This document shows positions 1 to 13,231 of a DNA stretch of 64,000 bases, piece after piece. The translations under genes were made by a program, and so were the position numbers. Source of the stretch: Utricularia gibba (taxonomy: Eukaryota > Plantae > Magnoliophyta); contig NEEC01000019.1 in assembly GCA_002189035.1 (NCBI GenBank), forward strand, positions 1,674,001-1,738,000, in the 5' to 3' direction. A model generated the notes under the pieces. The model saw only the letters and a program-made list of their open reading frames with translations, did not search any database and was not told the DNA's origin. Positions within the stretch are counted from its first letter, which is position 1; each line of letters opens with the position of its first letter.

Positions 1-1
1 C

Positions 2-2436
2 GACCGATTCTACTCCGGCGGCGCTACCTCCGTTGTCTCCGAGCCTCTCCGCTTCCTTCACCAGCAAGAGAAGACGCTCCGGTATTTTCCCATTTCATCC
101 GGTAAGAAGAATTGCTACAGCTTTCCTACGCCTGCTGCCGGGGGTCGATTCTTCCTCCGGACTTTCTTCGTCTACGACAATTACAACGGCAAGTCGCACA
201 CGCCGTCGTTTGACGTTTCTGTCGAGAGTACGGTAGTGTTCTCGTGGCGGTCACCGTGGCCGGAATCAGCCTCTCGCTCCGGCGCTTACTCTGATCTCTT
301 CTTCTCCCACGATGATTCCTTTGTCGATCTCTGCTTATACAGCATTGCTACCGACGCCCCGGTGATCTCTTCAATAGAATTGACGCAAGTTGACCCTAAT
401 GCCTACCCTTTTGACGATTCCAGAAATTCCAGCAGCTATATTTTGGTCAATTATGGAAGATTTTCCTCTGGTTCGAATGAATGGGGTCCTGGGTTTACAA
501 ATGACACCGACAATTTCGGCCGTTCCTGGCAATCTGATTATGATTTCCGTGTATCAGCAGCGGGTATGACAATCAAAGCAATTTCAGCGTTAAAGAATGT
601 AGGCAATATCGAAAGAAGCCCAAATTTTTTCCCAGAAATGCTCTACAGCACTGCACTTACCGCGCTTAATGGCGGGGCATTGGAGTATGAGCTGCCTGTG
701 GATGCAAAGGTTGATTATTTGATGTGGTTCCACTTTGCAGAAATCGATGTGAGTGTAACCATGGCAGGCCAGAGAGTGTTTGATGTACTTGTTAATGGCC
801 AGAATGTTTCTAGGGTAGATGTGTTTAAGGAGGTTGGAGGTTTTGCAGCTTATGATCTTCCCTACGTTGTCAAGAACTTGAGCAGTTCAACTCTGAGTGT
901 GCGACTGGAGCCAGTAATCGGCTCACCGGTGATATGTGGGCTTGAAAATTATGCCATTGTGCCTATTGATCCTAAGACAGCTCCTGAACAAGGTACACGA
1001 ATACTCTTTTCTATCATGCTCTACTGAGCGTATCCTCCAAAGCGAATGCACACATTTGTAGGAGAAAAGTGGAACCTTTTATAGCTCATTCTGGTCCTTT
1101 TCCAGTTGCTGCCATGAACTCGTTGAAGGCCTCGCTTCAGATTCCTGATAGAATGGGATGGAATGGGGATCCCTGTGCACCGTCCGCTTGGGACGCATGG
1201 GAGGGAGTAACATGCCATCCTATACGGGAAGATGAGTCTGCTCTTGGGGTATCTCAAATGTTGGTGTCCTGAAAAAACCACTTGGGGTTCTCGAATTTAA
1301 TGCCTGATTCTTTTGTCTTTGTAGTCCAATGCAATTTACATAGTTTCTGTTTGGCAGAGATCTTGGTAGCCAGGGGCTGAAGGGTTATATCAGCAACCAA
1401 ATCGGGTTGTTGACAAACTTGGTAAGCCTGTAAGTATTGCAAATTCTGCTTTAAATCCCTCAGTCTATGAAGTTCTTCATGACTCCCTCTTATTCAAGTG
1501 CAGGAACTTGAGCTCCAACTCTTTAGGAGGAGATATCCCCGCAGGTTTAGGTCAAACGTCACTCGTGAAACTGTGAGATCTCTCTTCTTGCCGAATGCAT
1601 ATTATCTCAATGGGAAAGTATGCCAGATATTGCTGCTTTTTTTAACTACCCATAATGTCAGCGTTTTCTGTTGAACCAAAACCGCTAGAGAGTCGAGAGA
1701 TCAGTGTATTAATTTCTCCTCCTCTGTGACAGTGATTTGTCGAACAACAGATTCAAAGGGTTCATACCTGAAAGCCTTGCCTCTTCAAATTTGCAACTGG
1801 TGTACGTATGGACTCTTTTTTTGAAAGTCTACCCAAGAACAGCCACTCTGTTTCATGCTCTTTTTTCCCATCTCAGTTGACTCTTTTATCTCAGGTTTTT
1901 GCATGGTAACTTACTCGAAGGCCGAGTTCCAGAAGGGCTTTACTCGATCGGGCTGCACGGTGGAGCCATAGAGTAAGCCACAGGATCACCATTCTAGCTA
2001 TCAAACTGAGTCTACCCTTCTAATTCTCCAACATCAACAGCATCTCCGGCAACAAGGCATTGTGTGGCGTACCTCCGCTGCAGGATTGCCCCTTTTTCTG
2101 GGGCAAAGACGGAGTGTCCACAGCCGGCAAAATCGGCATCACCGCCGCGTCTGTACTCACCCTTTCTGCAGCTGCCGCACTTGCATACTGTTTCTACATC
2201 AGGAAAAGGCGAAGGGACTATGATTTCGGCCTCCCCCACGAGCTTGTCTGTAAGTACAATTCTAGATTCAGCCTCAGATTCGTCATGATCTGCAAATGCT
2301 CAATTCTTCCCGGGTTTCTCCGGCAGCTCTTTCTTCAAAGAGGTTCAAGTATCAACGCCAGAAATCCCTGATGGATCTGGAAATGGAGAGTCAGCATGCC
2401 AAGGGATTGTTCATTCCACCACAGGCCTCGAACTGA
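2..2436 (+). CDS. RLP4: Receptor-like protein 4-like (malectin-like domain, LRRs, TM, short tail); 5' partial
   Basis: Frame open from base 2. GT-AG exons 2-992, 1106-1259, 1358-1429, 1504-1572, 1733-1801, 1895-1972, 2041-2249, 2327-2436 join in frame. Motifs IPDRMGWNGDPCAP, DLGSQGLKG, RDYDFGLPHEL, QRQKSLM..EMESQHAKG match RLP4/At1g25570-type proteins (recall). Confidence 0.93.
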
Positions 2437-3008
2437 CACATCCCAAGCCACGAACACTGCTGTCCCTGCATCAGCTTAGGTTTGCAAGACACACACACAG
2501 CTCTGATAGCTTCAGCATTCGTTTCTGTAATTTCAGGTTAACATTCCTGTAATTTCAAAGGGTGGGCCACATAGTTAATAGCAAAAGCCCGGTAATGAGG
2601 ATGGGCCCGACTACGCGCGGCCCAAAATGTGGGGCCCCAATTCCTTGGAAAAAACGATACATGCATCTACTGACTTACTCCATTTGAAAATTAGGGCATC
2701 GGACCGGTGGGGCTCACTGTTCCTGCGGGCCCCACTCTTACATCTTCATGAACAGAATATCACAACGTCTACAGTAGTTTTTAGGATCCGAATCCAATTT
2801 AATCTGTTCAACTGGATTTCATGTGTACTTTTAAATGGATTTTATATATATAGTTGTTATACTATTTTATCAATAAACAAATGTTTTACAAAACTATGAT
2901 AAAATATTACTAATTAGATATTTTAAAACTCATATTTTATCTTGGTTTTATCAAATCATTCAATTTATAAAACATTTGTTTTAAAAATATATATTAAATA
3001 TAATATTA

Positions 3009-3014
<6 letters not shown>

Positions 3015-3050
<36 letters not shown>
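3015..3050. repeat. (AT)18 microsatellite
   Basis: Read directly. Confidence 0.95.
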
Positions 3051-3053
<3 letters not shown>

Positions 3054-6000
3054 TATATATTTATATTTAAAATCAAAAAACTAAATGATTATTCTTGAAA
3101 ATTTTTAAAATCTATTTCTATTTTTCAAAAATAAATATAGTTTTGTTTTAAAACAATTTTAATTGGAAAAATAATATCAAAAACACTTTTAAAATGATAC
3201 TAAAAAATGATTTTTTGAAAAGTAATGAGTTTATTACTTTTAATTCTTATTTATATTTTTTAAAAAATAAAAACAGTTTTAAAAAATTTTACAGAACATT
3301 AATTAAATCTTAACCATGTAATACATGTTTATCTAAATAAAAATAACTCAAATATGTTATTAATTATACTATTGTATCAAATACAATTTAAAGTCATTAG
3401 TTAGCATGAGGTTGGCTGAGAATTGGGATTGCATTGTTTTGAAATCATGGATGCAATTTGAATAGATCTCCTTTAATTCTAATTATTGAATTGGGTTCAA
3501 TTCATTTGAGAGTGATGGATGCATGATGGAACTGGAATTGATTCATGATGCACCAACCTTGATAAAGAACTCCTGTGGTGCACATGCCTGAATTCCCACA
3601 TTCAAAAGCATACACAACTTTATTAGAGATGAAGTGGTCGCTGATCGCAAACAAAAGGGGCTTGAAAAGGGGGGATGGATGATCCGATCCCATCCGCCTG
3701 CTTTTCACATCCGTCCCCATCCCGAGCCCACGCCCGACGGCGACCAAACACCGTGAACCCGAGTGCTTGTTTCTGTGGTTCATGTCCTTCAGAAGATAAA
3801 TGAGTACTGACAAGTTGCACCAGATATGATGAGATAAGTTGCAGGATTGGATTAGGGTTGGCATTGCAACCCTGTTTTAATGGAGGATCTGTCACGGGAT
3901 TGGCCTACTGGGTGGTTTTGCCTGATCTCAAGGCATGTATCATGTCTGAAATCTGAATCCCAGTTGTGGATCTCAAGGCAACGTGATACACGGGTTAGTG
4001 AAGCTCATCCAATTTGAGATGTGGGTTTTGGAAGCTGAGAACGAGCCCACAGCATTAGTCTCCCAGCTATCTGTTTTTTCTCTTTTTTTTTGTGGGTTGT
4101 GCAACAGCAGAAGATAAGCATCATTTCAATTCAAACCCTGATCCTCAAACCACCGAAGCAGATAAATAAATGGGGGAAATGGATGGATGGATAGAGCCCC
4201 CCGTCTCCAGATACTGACTTTTCTCAACCTGGTTTCTGCAATAAAAGTGGAGCAATCGCACAAGCAAAAGTGCATGAATCTTTGTCCACACATCTTGCAT
4301 GGAATTTATTTCAGTAGGTCATTCTCCGCTTCTGAGTTCAAAAGCTGAAGCTGTAGGTACGCCCAAATAAATACAGCAAGCCATCATCCAGCACCCCTAC
4401 TGTTCCGTTGGATAGCAGAGACTGTGGAACAGGAAAAACACTGCTCAGATCAAGACAATCAATCAACCCTGAGGATTACAAGCTCATGGAGGGCATCGCT
4501 TTCTGAAGCATCACATCCATCTACGTTGTGTGCGGAGCCGGAGAATTAATTAATTAAGTTAAGTATCCACGCAAATGGAGGCATTATTGATGCCTGTGTG
4601 TGTTCATGGCTGAACACACAGTAGGAGCAATAATTGATGGCTCCACAGCCAGGCCACTGGAGAAGAATTGTCAACAGAGAGAGTGGTTTTCCATGCAACC
4701 AAAAAGCAACGTGCCCGTCAGCTTTTCCCATCCCAAGTTGATGGTTTTTGTGGTTGCTGCCCCACCATATCTATCATGCTCTCCATCCTGTTCAAAATCT
4801 CCACCACCACCTCCAGTTTTTACCGTCACCATTTTTGATGCTGTTGCAGAATCAAGTCTCAAGAGCAACCCCACAGAAGGAGGTGAAATCATTTTCCAGA
4901 ACAAATAGATTCTTTAATCATAAGATGAATTCCTGAAGCAGGAGATGAAGCAAAGAATTTTCGTTTTTGTTTTTTTTTTTAATAATGTGGGGATTATAAT
5001 ATTGTACCTCCAAAAATCCATAAGAATCTAGGTGACAAATTTTTCATAAATTGTTTACATTATCTACCTGTCAGTATGCGTTCCAGGCTGTGGCTGTGGT
5101 TCGTAGGCTTTTTATGCACACCACAAACGTGGGCCCCCGGCCCCACTCCCCACAAATAATTTCCCCAATTTGCTTCCATCTCCAAATATTTTATTCCTAA
5201 TTTTCTTTCCAGCTACACAACACGTCAAACGCATTGAACCAAATTAATAAAAAAATATCCAAAAAATAAATAATGGTTGCTTATGGGTTGATCCCAAGTC
5301 AAACCCAAAGCCAGCCCGAGTGAATGAAAATTTTGGTAATTTTTTACTCACCTCACATTTGGTACATGGGTTTACGAAGGTTTTCAGATAAATTTAATAA
5401 TAAACCCACGTTTGATACATGATTTTTATTCGCATCTTCACATTTTTCCCCAATGTGTGTATAACCAATTTTTTAAATGATAACGACTATAAATCAAGCC
5501 ACCATATGATATATGTGTAAAAAAAGGTCACGTCTCTACTAACAATATCTCAAATTAGGTACAAACGAGATAGAACTCATGTTTAAATAAATTGATCCTA
5601 TTAATTTTGTATGTATAATAAGAAAATGTAAAATTGTATGAAGTAAATAATAGAAACAAACATTATAGTACATGATAAAAAATATAGTACAATAATATGA
5701 TGTATTATAACAATTTGTATAATAGAAGATTATTCGGAAGGTGGGTGATGAGGTGGCGGTTTAGGAAAACAGGATGCAGAAACCGGCATACTGTTTTATA
5801 CTTTTCCTTCCCCTCCACCAACTCCATCACTCGTTTTGTTGCTGATGGTGATGGCGATGGCGATGGCGATGTGGTGGTCACTCACTTGACAGGTGTGTGT
5901 GTTGTGTGTGCATTTAATACCTCATAACTCAACCCCCTGCACACCACTCCCACTCCGACTCCAACTAGCAACCGTTTCTTTTCTTTATTAGGTAATAACG

Positions 6001-8233
6001 TACGCCCCTCCTGTATCATTACCTTCCCTTGTTGTACGTTTTTCTTGTTTTTTTACCAAACAAAGTAACCCTGTTTAATTCTCCTTTTTCAAAATACGGA
6101 TAGTGACTCTCTATTTATAATTTTTAATTGAAAAAAAATCATTTTTTAATTCAAAATGTTTGGTATATTTTTATTTTATGGTATTCCGATACAAAAAAAA
6201 ACTCATTGCCACAACTATTATACGTTCTCCTTTCTAATACCTAATTATGTAATCAAAAAAGGAAAGGAAAATGAATGTTAGTTGTGGCAGTTGATTTTGA
6301 CAATTTTTGGCTGAAATGACATAAAATGAGTTCATTGGTAAACTTGTTGACTAGATTTTACATAAATTAAAGTTTTGGATTATAAAATTAAAATGGATAA
6401 AACATTATGACTTAAAAAACAATGATTCCCTTTTTAATTTATAAAGTATAGCATGTTTGTTTCATAAACTTAAATAAATTCAAAAACTTGTTTTACTTAT
6501 TCGCTTGGAATACGTATATCAAATATATTATAATTTTTAATTAACGTGTGTGTTTAAGTATATAATTAATATAATTGTCAAAACAAGTCATTGGGTGTGT
6601 GCTTTAGTGGAAAATACTGCACAATTTGTGAAGAACGTGCTGCGCATTATTTTGTTTTATATGCGTAAGTTCCAACCTAAAATGGGACACCAAGTCTACG
6701 GTTTTGGATAGCATGCAGCTTGTATTGTGAATGTCGCGGAGGGTCGCTATCGCGCCGTGCCCTATCGCTCCCAACTGCTATGCCGACACCGACGATTTCT
6801 AGGGTCGGGCCGGCTCCGACTACAAACCCGGATCTATGGAAACAATACACAACTGGTTGCGGACACGTCGCACGTGGGTAGGACACCGGACACGCTTATT
6901 TGTGGGAATGGAATATGCGACAATCGACAACTCGAAGAACACGATAAATAATAAAGTAGTAATTTAGTGGGGGAGGAGAATATGTTCGTTCGTGTTTGAA
7001 AGAACAAGTATACGGTCTGGCGTCCCATGCTCCAAATAGCCTCATATGCCCATCAACTTCAATGGTCTTTTCACAATAACAATGCAACATTAGAAGGATT
7101 GAACGTTCGAAACGAATAATATAGTATAATTAAACAAACATGAATGCTGTAAAATTTGAAAATGATGTAAATAAGTTGTCTGGAATAACGTTTTAAGGGT
7201 GTGGATGTGGTGGCACTGGCCTGGCGCCCCAATTCCTTGTTATCCCTGCAGCCACCTTCAGTAGCGGCAACAGGCTGAGCCTAGGGAGCCCCCCACTAGC
7301 CCTGCGCTCGCCCAGCATGTGGATGGATCGGATCAAAGGATACAAAGGATACGGGGGTGCCACTGTTTTCCCTTTTTTTCATTCTTACCAGAAAGAAACA
7401 AAACCAGTGTCTTATTCCTCGCAGACATGCGTTTAAGACAGACTAATGCATGTCCGAACAAGTTGGACCTGATGTGGAGCAGGGTCGTGTAATCATTAAT
7501 CCCCATTCCGAATAAAATAATTTCCAGTTGGTTTTGAGGTCACTTTTTGAGATTTCCATTTTGAAGGTCTGGGAATCCGGTCCCCAAAAGGGATAAAAGA
7601 AAGGAGTACAGTGCAGAAAGAAGGAGATATTCTCGGGGCCAAATGAGAAATACAACAAATAGGGATCGTCTAGGGATCTGCATGTACTTGAGGATAACAT
7701 AAAATAATACCCTAATCTCATCCTCTCCCCATAGGAAATCCTCCAAAATAATGCATACTATATAGTTTTTGGGCCACAATATATACACACCCATGTGGTT
7801 TCTCAATACCAGGGATTAAATATTTAATTTAATGCCACAATTGTTGTGGAATTTAATATGGGAAGGAAGAAGAAGAAGAAGAAGAGAAGGATTGGTCTGG
7901 TCCATAGCTACCTTTCTAGACCTGTGCAATGACACTGTACCGCACTTGCGCTCTGTATTGAGATGAGGTGCCATGTCATCCATCCATACATACATGGATA
8001 CATGTTGGCCATGTGGCATGACATCCCTAGGAGCCCGACCCCTGCGTTCACGAGCAGCCGGGCAGCCATTGGCGTTCCCAGAGAGCAGCGCCCCGTACGC
8101 TGTTTCCCCTAAGCTCAACAATTTCCCACCAGACGATCGCTCGCTTGTGGTAAGTAATAATTGCGATTCCTATGCTGCAGCTGCGCCGCACATGACTCGC
8201 TATCAATAACTAGTGAATTCAACTCACTCAGCG

Positions 8234-8251
8234 CCCCCCCCCCCCCCCCCC
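8234..8251. repeat. C18 homopolymer
   Basis: Read directly; true length uncertain given homopolymer errors elsewhere. Confidence 0.85.
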
Positions 8252-9653
8252 GGTCTCTGTACTTCCAACAGCACCAGTTTTGTGTTCAGAACGACGTTGA
8301 TTTATGCGGGCTGCGCCAATGGGAGGGCGCCGCGTCTTACTCGGCTTGGTAAAAGTATTATTAAGCCCTATGGAATTATTCCTGTCGTTTCTAAGACAAT
8401 AATTCGGTTTCTTTCAAGTAATCAATACTGCAGTTACATTCGCCAGCATGGCTGCATGGCTCCTCCTCCCCGGAGTAGTATATGGCGGGGTGGGGAGACG
8501 GGAGACACACAAAATGTGTCGGAAAAAGTATGTATTGGGTTCATTCCTTTTGGAGACGGACTCAGGATCACTGGTGTTGCTCTAGTTGGTGTCATTGAAA
8601 CGTAATAGGCTGGCTGACTGCTGGCTCTGTCTTGTGTTCTGATGATCTAGCATTTTTAACTCGATAGGGACCGGGATGGGATGGCTGTGGTTTAGGGTTC
8701 CGATGTGGCGTAGGAACACAAGAAGACAGTGACCATCATCATCACAGCAACAGCCAACAATGTGAGATTGGGATTTTCCCTTTTGGATGTGACGCTTCGA
8801 TCCCATGTTAGATACGGATGATGAGTTGAGTGGTGGTTCGAGCATTGCAGCTCAGCTACACAGACAGAGGAGAGAAGGAGGGTAAACGAAAAAGGCTGGA
8901 GGCCGCCATACTGACTACACGAGCCAGACAGACAGCAGAACTCAGGAGGGTGGGGGTGGGGAGTCGACGAACGCTACTCATTAAACAAAGCCCATCTCCG
9001 GGGCCACACCCATGTGCATATTTTTCCCATCAGTTCAAGTGAAATTCAAATTCCCAGAGGGGAAGAAGAAATCCCCTCTGCTCGAAAATTAGGGTTACGC
9101 GACTGCTTATTTCTTCTGGGTATCATCTCGGAAGCCGTCGCGGGGTGAAAGCGATGCTTCTGGCTGCTCGCGCTGCTCCACAAGCAATCGGATAAGTAAA
9201 CCGAAACAGGAGCCATTCCTGACCGGTTCTCAGGTCAAGTCCTCGCCGTGAGAGACACAGCTGAGGTGGAGGGGGACACAGTGAATAACTGAATTTCCGA
9301 ATATTTAAATAAATAAGAAAAAAAGGGAGCTGTCTTTTTCGTTCCGACGCGTTTGTGTCTTTAACATATATAAATATTGGAATTTTTAAATAGTATTCTG
9401 AAAATTAATTAAATAATATAATAAAGGAATCGAAGCTAAAAAATACAAGACAGATGACGAGGTGAATTTTGTGCGTATTAAAAAAAAGGAGATTTTTATT
9501 TTTAAGGAGGAACAGGGGTTATATATAATAGATACAAATTATATGCAGAAAATGTGGTGGCACGGCTTTCCAATTTCGACGGCTGATCCAACAATTTCTG
9601 CTTTCTTTATCGGCTTGCTGTTTTATGCTGTGCGAGTTGGTTTTTGCTGAAGG

Positions 9654-10746
9654 ATGCAAGGGACATACGGCTACGAAACTTCGTCTATCGAATCCCCGTC
9701 GGTAGCGCCGGCGTCGGTTTTGATGTCGGAGAAATCGCCGCCGCGGAAGACGCCGGAAGACTCCGATACTCGGAAGCTACCGTCGTCGAGATTCAAAGGA
9801 GTTGTTCCTCAGCCCAACGGCAGGTGGGGTGCTCAAATCTACGAAAAGCACCGCCGCATTTGGCTGGGAACTTTCAACGATGAAGACGAGGCTGCCAAAG
9901 CTTATGACACGGCGGCGCAGCGGTTCCGTGGACGCGACGCGGTTACTAACTTCAAACCTCTGGCGGCGGACGAGACGGAGATGGTGTTTCTGAACTGCCA
10001 TTCCAAGGACGAGATCGTGGATATGCTGAGGAAACACACGTACCACGATGAGCTTCAACAGAGCCGGAAGAACTATGGGTTGAAATACGTGTCCCATGGA
10101 CACGGCGATCCGTCGGCGGAGGAGTGCCACGAAGAGCTTTTCGAGAAAGCGGTCACCCCTAGCGACGTCGGGAAACTTAATCGCCTGGTGATTCCTAAAC
10201 AGTACGCTGAAAAGCACTTCCCTTTGCAGATTGGGAATAATGGGAACACTTCGAAAGGGATTCTTTTGAACTTTGAAGACATGACCGGAAAAGTGTGGAG
10301 ATTCAGGTAACAATTTGATGATCTGGTCGTATTTCTCAAACTTTTGAATTAGATTTCAGTCATGCGTGGTAATAACCTTCAGATCATTTCTTCGATTGGT
10401 TCAGATATTCATACTGGAACAGCAGCCAAAGCTACGTCTTGACCAAGGGGTGGAGCCGATTTGTGAAGGAGAAAGATCTACGGGCGGGGGACGTCGTGAG
10501 CTTCCGACGATCGACGGGGCCTGAGAGACAGCTCTATATCGACTGGAAGCCGGGAAGGAACGTCGAGAACAACCGTCGCATTCAGCCAGTTCAGATGATG
10601 AGGCTGTTTGGGTGAATATATTCGAAGATCAACGCCGCGGCGGAGGCGACGGCGGCGCTGGCGATGACGACGCGAAACGGATTAGAGAGATGGAGCTTCT
10701 GGGATTAGTTTGCAGTAAGAAACACCGAATAATCAACGTCTTGTGA
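9654..10746 (+). CDS. RAV: RAV/TEMPRANILLO AP2-B3 transcription repressor; one intron and an apparent -1 frameshift at 10610-10612
   Basis: AP2 domain [22 protein letters not shown]; B3 domain [22 protein letters not shown]...WRFR|[23 protein letters not shown]. Exons 9654-10306 and 10405-10746. As written it stops at RLFG* (TGA 10613-10615); the -1 frame gives VNIF...[23 protein letters not shown]. Confidence 0.95.
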
Positions 10747-11469
10747 TTGTAATTACCGGTAGACTTCTCAGTTCATCTGTTCCATCGCCGGAGTCTTGAA
10801 CTCAAACGCGTGGATTTCCATCACCAATTTTGTGGAAAATTAATTCTACTTCTTTTCAATTGTATTATTCCCATTTTTAGTATTTGTTTAATAAAATATC
10901 ATGGCAATAAAACCTGCATTTAAAATCATCCTCGTTACTATTTTACCCATTTTAATTTTAATTAATTATAATATATTTTTTTTTAAATAGACAAGCATTT
11001 GATTTCTGTCCCATCCCTCTTTGTTTTCAATTCTATCTTCACAAACAAATTCAGACATGTCTGCACATACAGAATACATTCGTCTGAATTAAATTAGTAT
11101 ACAAAATAAATATATACATTTTTTAACCCAAAACTTATTAAATTATAAATTATAGTAATTATCATTGGGACCCATCAGTTTACCTAGAGTTGATTCATTA
11201 TGGGTTAAACATGTTATTCGTAATAGTAAAAAAATGGATATAGCATTCGGGGTACCGGTTGAACTCACGTCTTAGATTAATTGGGCTCGAAATATATCCC
11301 AACTATAAAGATTTATCAGATGGGTTGGGTGGCCCAACTAATTGGGCTTTGTAATATAATTCAGCCCAATTTGTCTTATTTTAGATTAATTCATATAAAA
11401 CATTTTTTGTAATCATAAATAATTATAAAACGTCACTTGGGATGGGTTGAACACTTTGAACCATCGACC

Positions 11470-11598
11470 TGTATACACCAAGTTATAATCATTTATGTTG
11501 ACTTGATAGATTCAACTCGTTTGTATACATCAAGTTATAATTATTTATGTTGATTTGATAGATTCGTTACTATTGAATCGGATCTATGCCCACCTCTA
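11470..11598. repeat. Two 44-bp tandem copies (period 52), probable degraded MITE/TE remnant
   Basis: 11470-11513 and 11522-11565 differ at three C/T positions; TGCCCACCTCTA at 11587-11598 resembles a MITE end, with no partner TIR found. Confidence 0.6.
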
Positions 11599-12413
11599 AC
11601 TCGTTTGAGATAAAACGGCCTTGGTGCCTCTTCAGGCGAATGGAAGAAGGGCCGTGCTCCCAGGCCGAGATAACGATAACCGACGGGCTTCTAGATCTTT
11701 CTAGACACTTTTAACCGTCCATCTCCACTGGGTTCTGGGTTCTGGGCTATGGGTTCTGGCCCAATGTGTTAGGCAGACCCACCACTTACGATTACCATGC
11801 ACCGGCCCAAGGGTTTCGTTAGGCAGCCCAATTCAACTTTTAATGTGATAAATTTTAATTTTTCATCTATTTTAATCACATGTGTCAAGTACAATAAACT
11901 AATAAATCAAAATTTTAAATAATCTATTTTTCGATCAAATATAAAACCTTAAATTTTTCCAAAATTCGAATATTTAATTGTAATTCTATTTACCAAATAC
12001 CCCCCATGATAATATATAAAGTAAAATTATGTAATAATAAATAATTTAAACATATTATTAATTAAATATAATCTTTATTTTTTACTTTTTTTCCAATTCC
12101 TTAATTGGAATATACTTGAATTAAATTAATTTAAATGTCAGAAAAGAAGTGGATTGCACGCGCTACTATGGCGAATGGCGACGTTGGTTTTACGTTGCCG
12201 CTTGGGACACCGAAAAGGCCAAGGTGTTTTCGGAAATTGGTCAGAACTTCAGCATTCAATGCGACGTATTCGAGTAAATTAATTCAAAAATATTAATTTT
12301 TAAAGGTAGCGCGTGCCTCCACGCTTATCTTGTAGGGAGCCACAAGATGAGGATAAGATTCTTCTTCGCCTTGGAAGTACAGGACACCTTCAGCCGACCG
12401 TTGGGAAAGCAAG

Positions 12414-12421
12414 GAATATTC
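12414..12421. promoter_or_regulatory. P1BS (GNATATNC) upstream of HHO/NIGT1
   Basis: GAATATTC, 1150 bp upstream of ATG 13564. Confidence 0.45.
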
Positions 12422-13223
12422 CCTTTACGATTCCCACATATTATCTCCCCTCCAAAAAAGAAAAGATTCCCCCAAGGATTATTATACATTTTATATTCTA
12501 TGTAAAAAAAAAGGTACTGTTTTCACATTTCACAAATAAAAAATGAAAAATTCAAATTCAAAGTCAGATAAGTAATGTTTTAAACAAGATACTAAACATA
12601 GAGATTAAGAAAATAAGCACAATGTTATGAAACCAATTGAAAGTACAATTATTATAGTTTTATCCATCGATTTTGTAATTTGAAGTTGTGTTTCATGTTA
12701 TATAAAATAGAATATTTTTGAAATTATATGAATAGAATACTTTTTTAAATTAGAAATTATTTTTCGAAACATTATAAAATTTCTTATTTAATTACTTAAA
12801 AAAGATTGAATAAAATGAAAATATCTAATTTTATTACTTAATAAATAAAGATTAGAATCTCTAAAAATTAAACAGAATCAATTTAATAAATTCTTAACAT
12901 AGAACAAGCGCTATGTATAAATTTTTGAGGTGAAATGCATATGATTATATATTATTTAGATGAAAAATTGGGATGGTATTAAAGCGCATTATGGTAATTA
13001 GTATTGGTATTAGTCCTATGATAATTTTGTGCGTCATTTAAGAGTGGGCAGACGGCCATTATTTATTCATGACAATAATTGATGGATAGGAGGTGAAAAG
13101 GAAGGGTATATATGGAAAATGAATGAAATTTAGGGGTATATTTGGAAAAGGGAGGCTAGGTCATGCAGTGCTGTTAATTCCTATCCAAAAGTATAGCGGG
13201 TCCACATGTAAGAATCGTCCATC

Positions 13224-13231
13224 GAATATTC
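13224..13231. promoter_or_regulatory. P1BS (GNATATNC) proximal to HHO/NIGT1
   Basis: GAATATTC, 340 bp upstream of the ATG, near several GAATC/GATTC motifs. Confidence 0.55.

Noticed and set aside
4600-4908. 102-aa plus-strand ORF
   Set aside because: S/P-rich composition typical of antisense to GGT/GGA repeats; no domain.
6745-6770. miR171-like string GCGCCGTGCCCTATC
   Set aside because: About five differences from miR171 and no complementary arm.
7196-7319. 41-aa minus sORF ending RNWGARPVPPHPHP
   Set aside because: No convincing signal peptide or match to CLE/IDA/CEP motifs.
8938-8952. miR390 target-like CCCTCCTGAG (minus), suggesting TAS3
   Set aside because: Only 10-12 nt pair; no second site or tasiR-ARF sequence.
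7800-9340. Several 63-130 aa ORFs and small hairpins upstream of RAV
   Set aside because: No recognisable domain or miRNA duplex; best read as RAV regulatory DNA.
2437-9650. RTFL/DVL small-peptide gene expected beside RAV from recalled synteny
   Set aside because: No LYIIRRC..MLLCW-like frame found; near misses (GVPREQR at about 8075, AMQPCWRM at about 8440 minus) lack the core motif.
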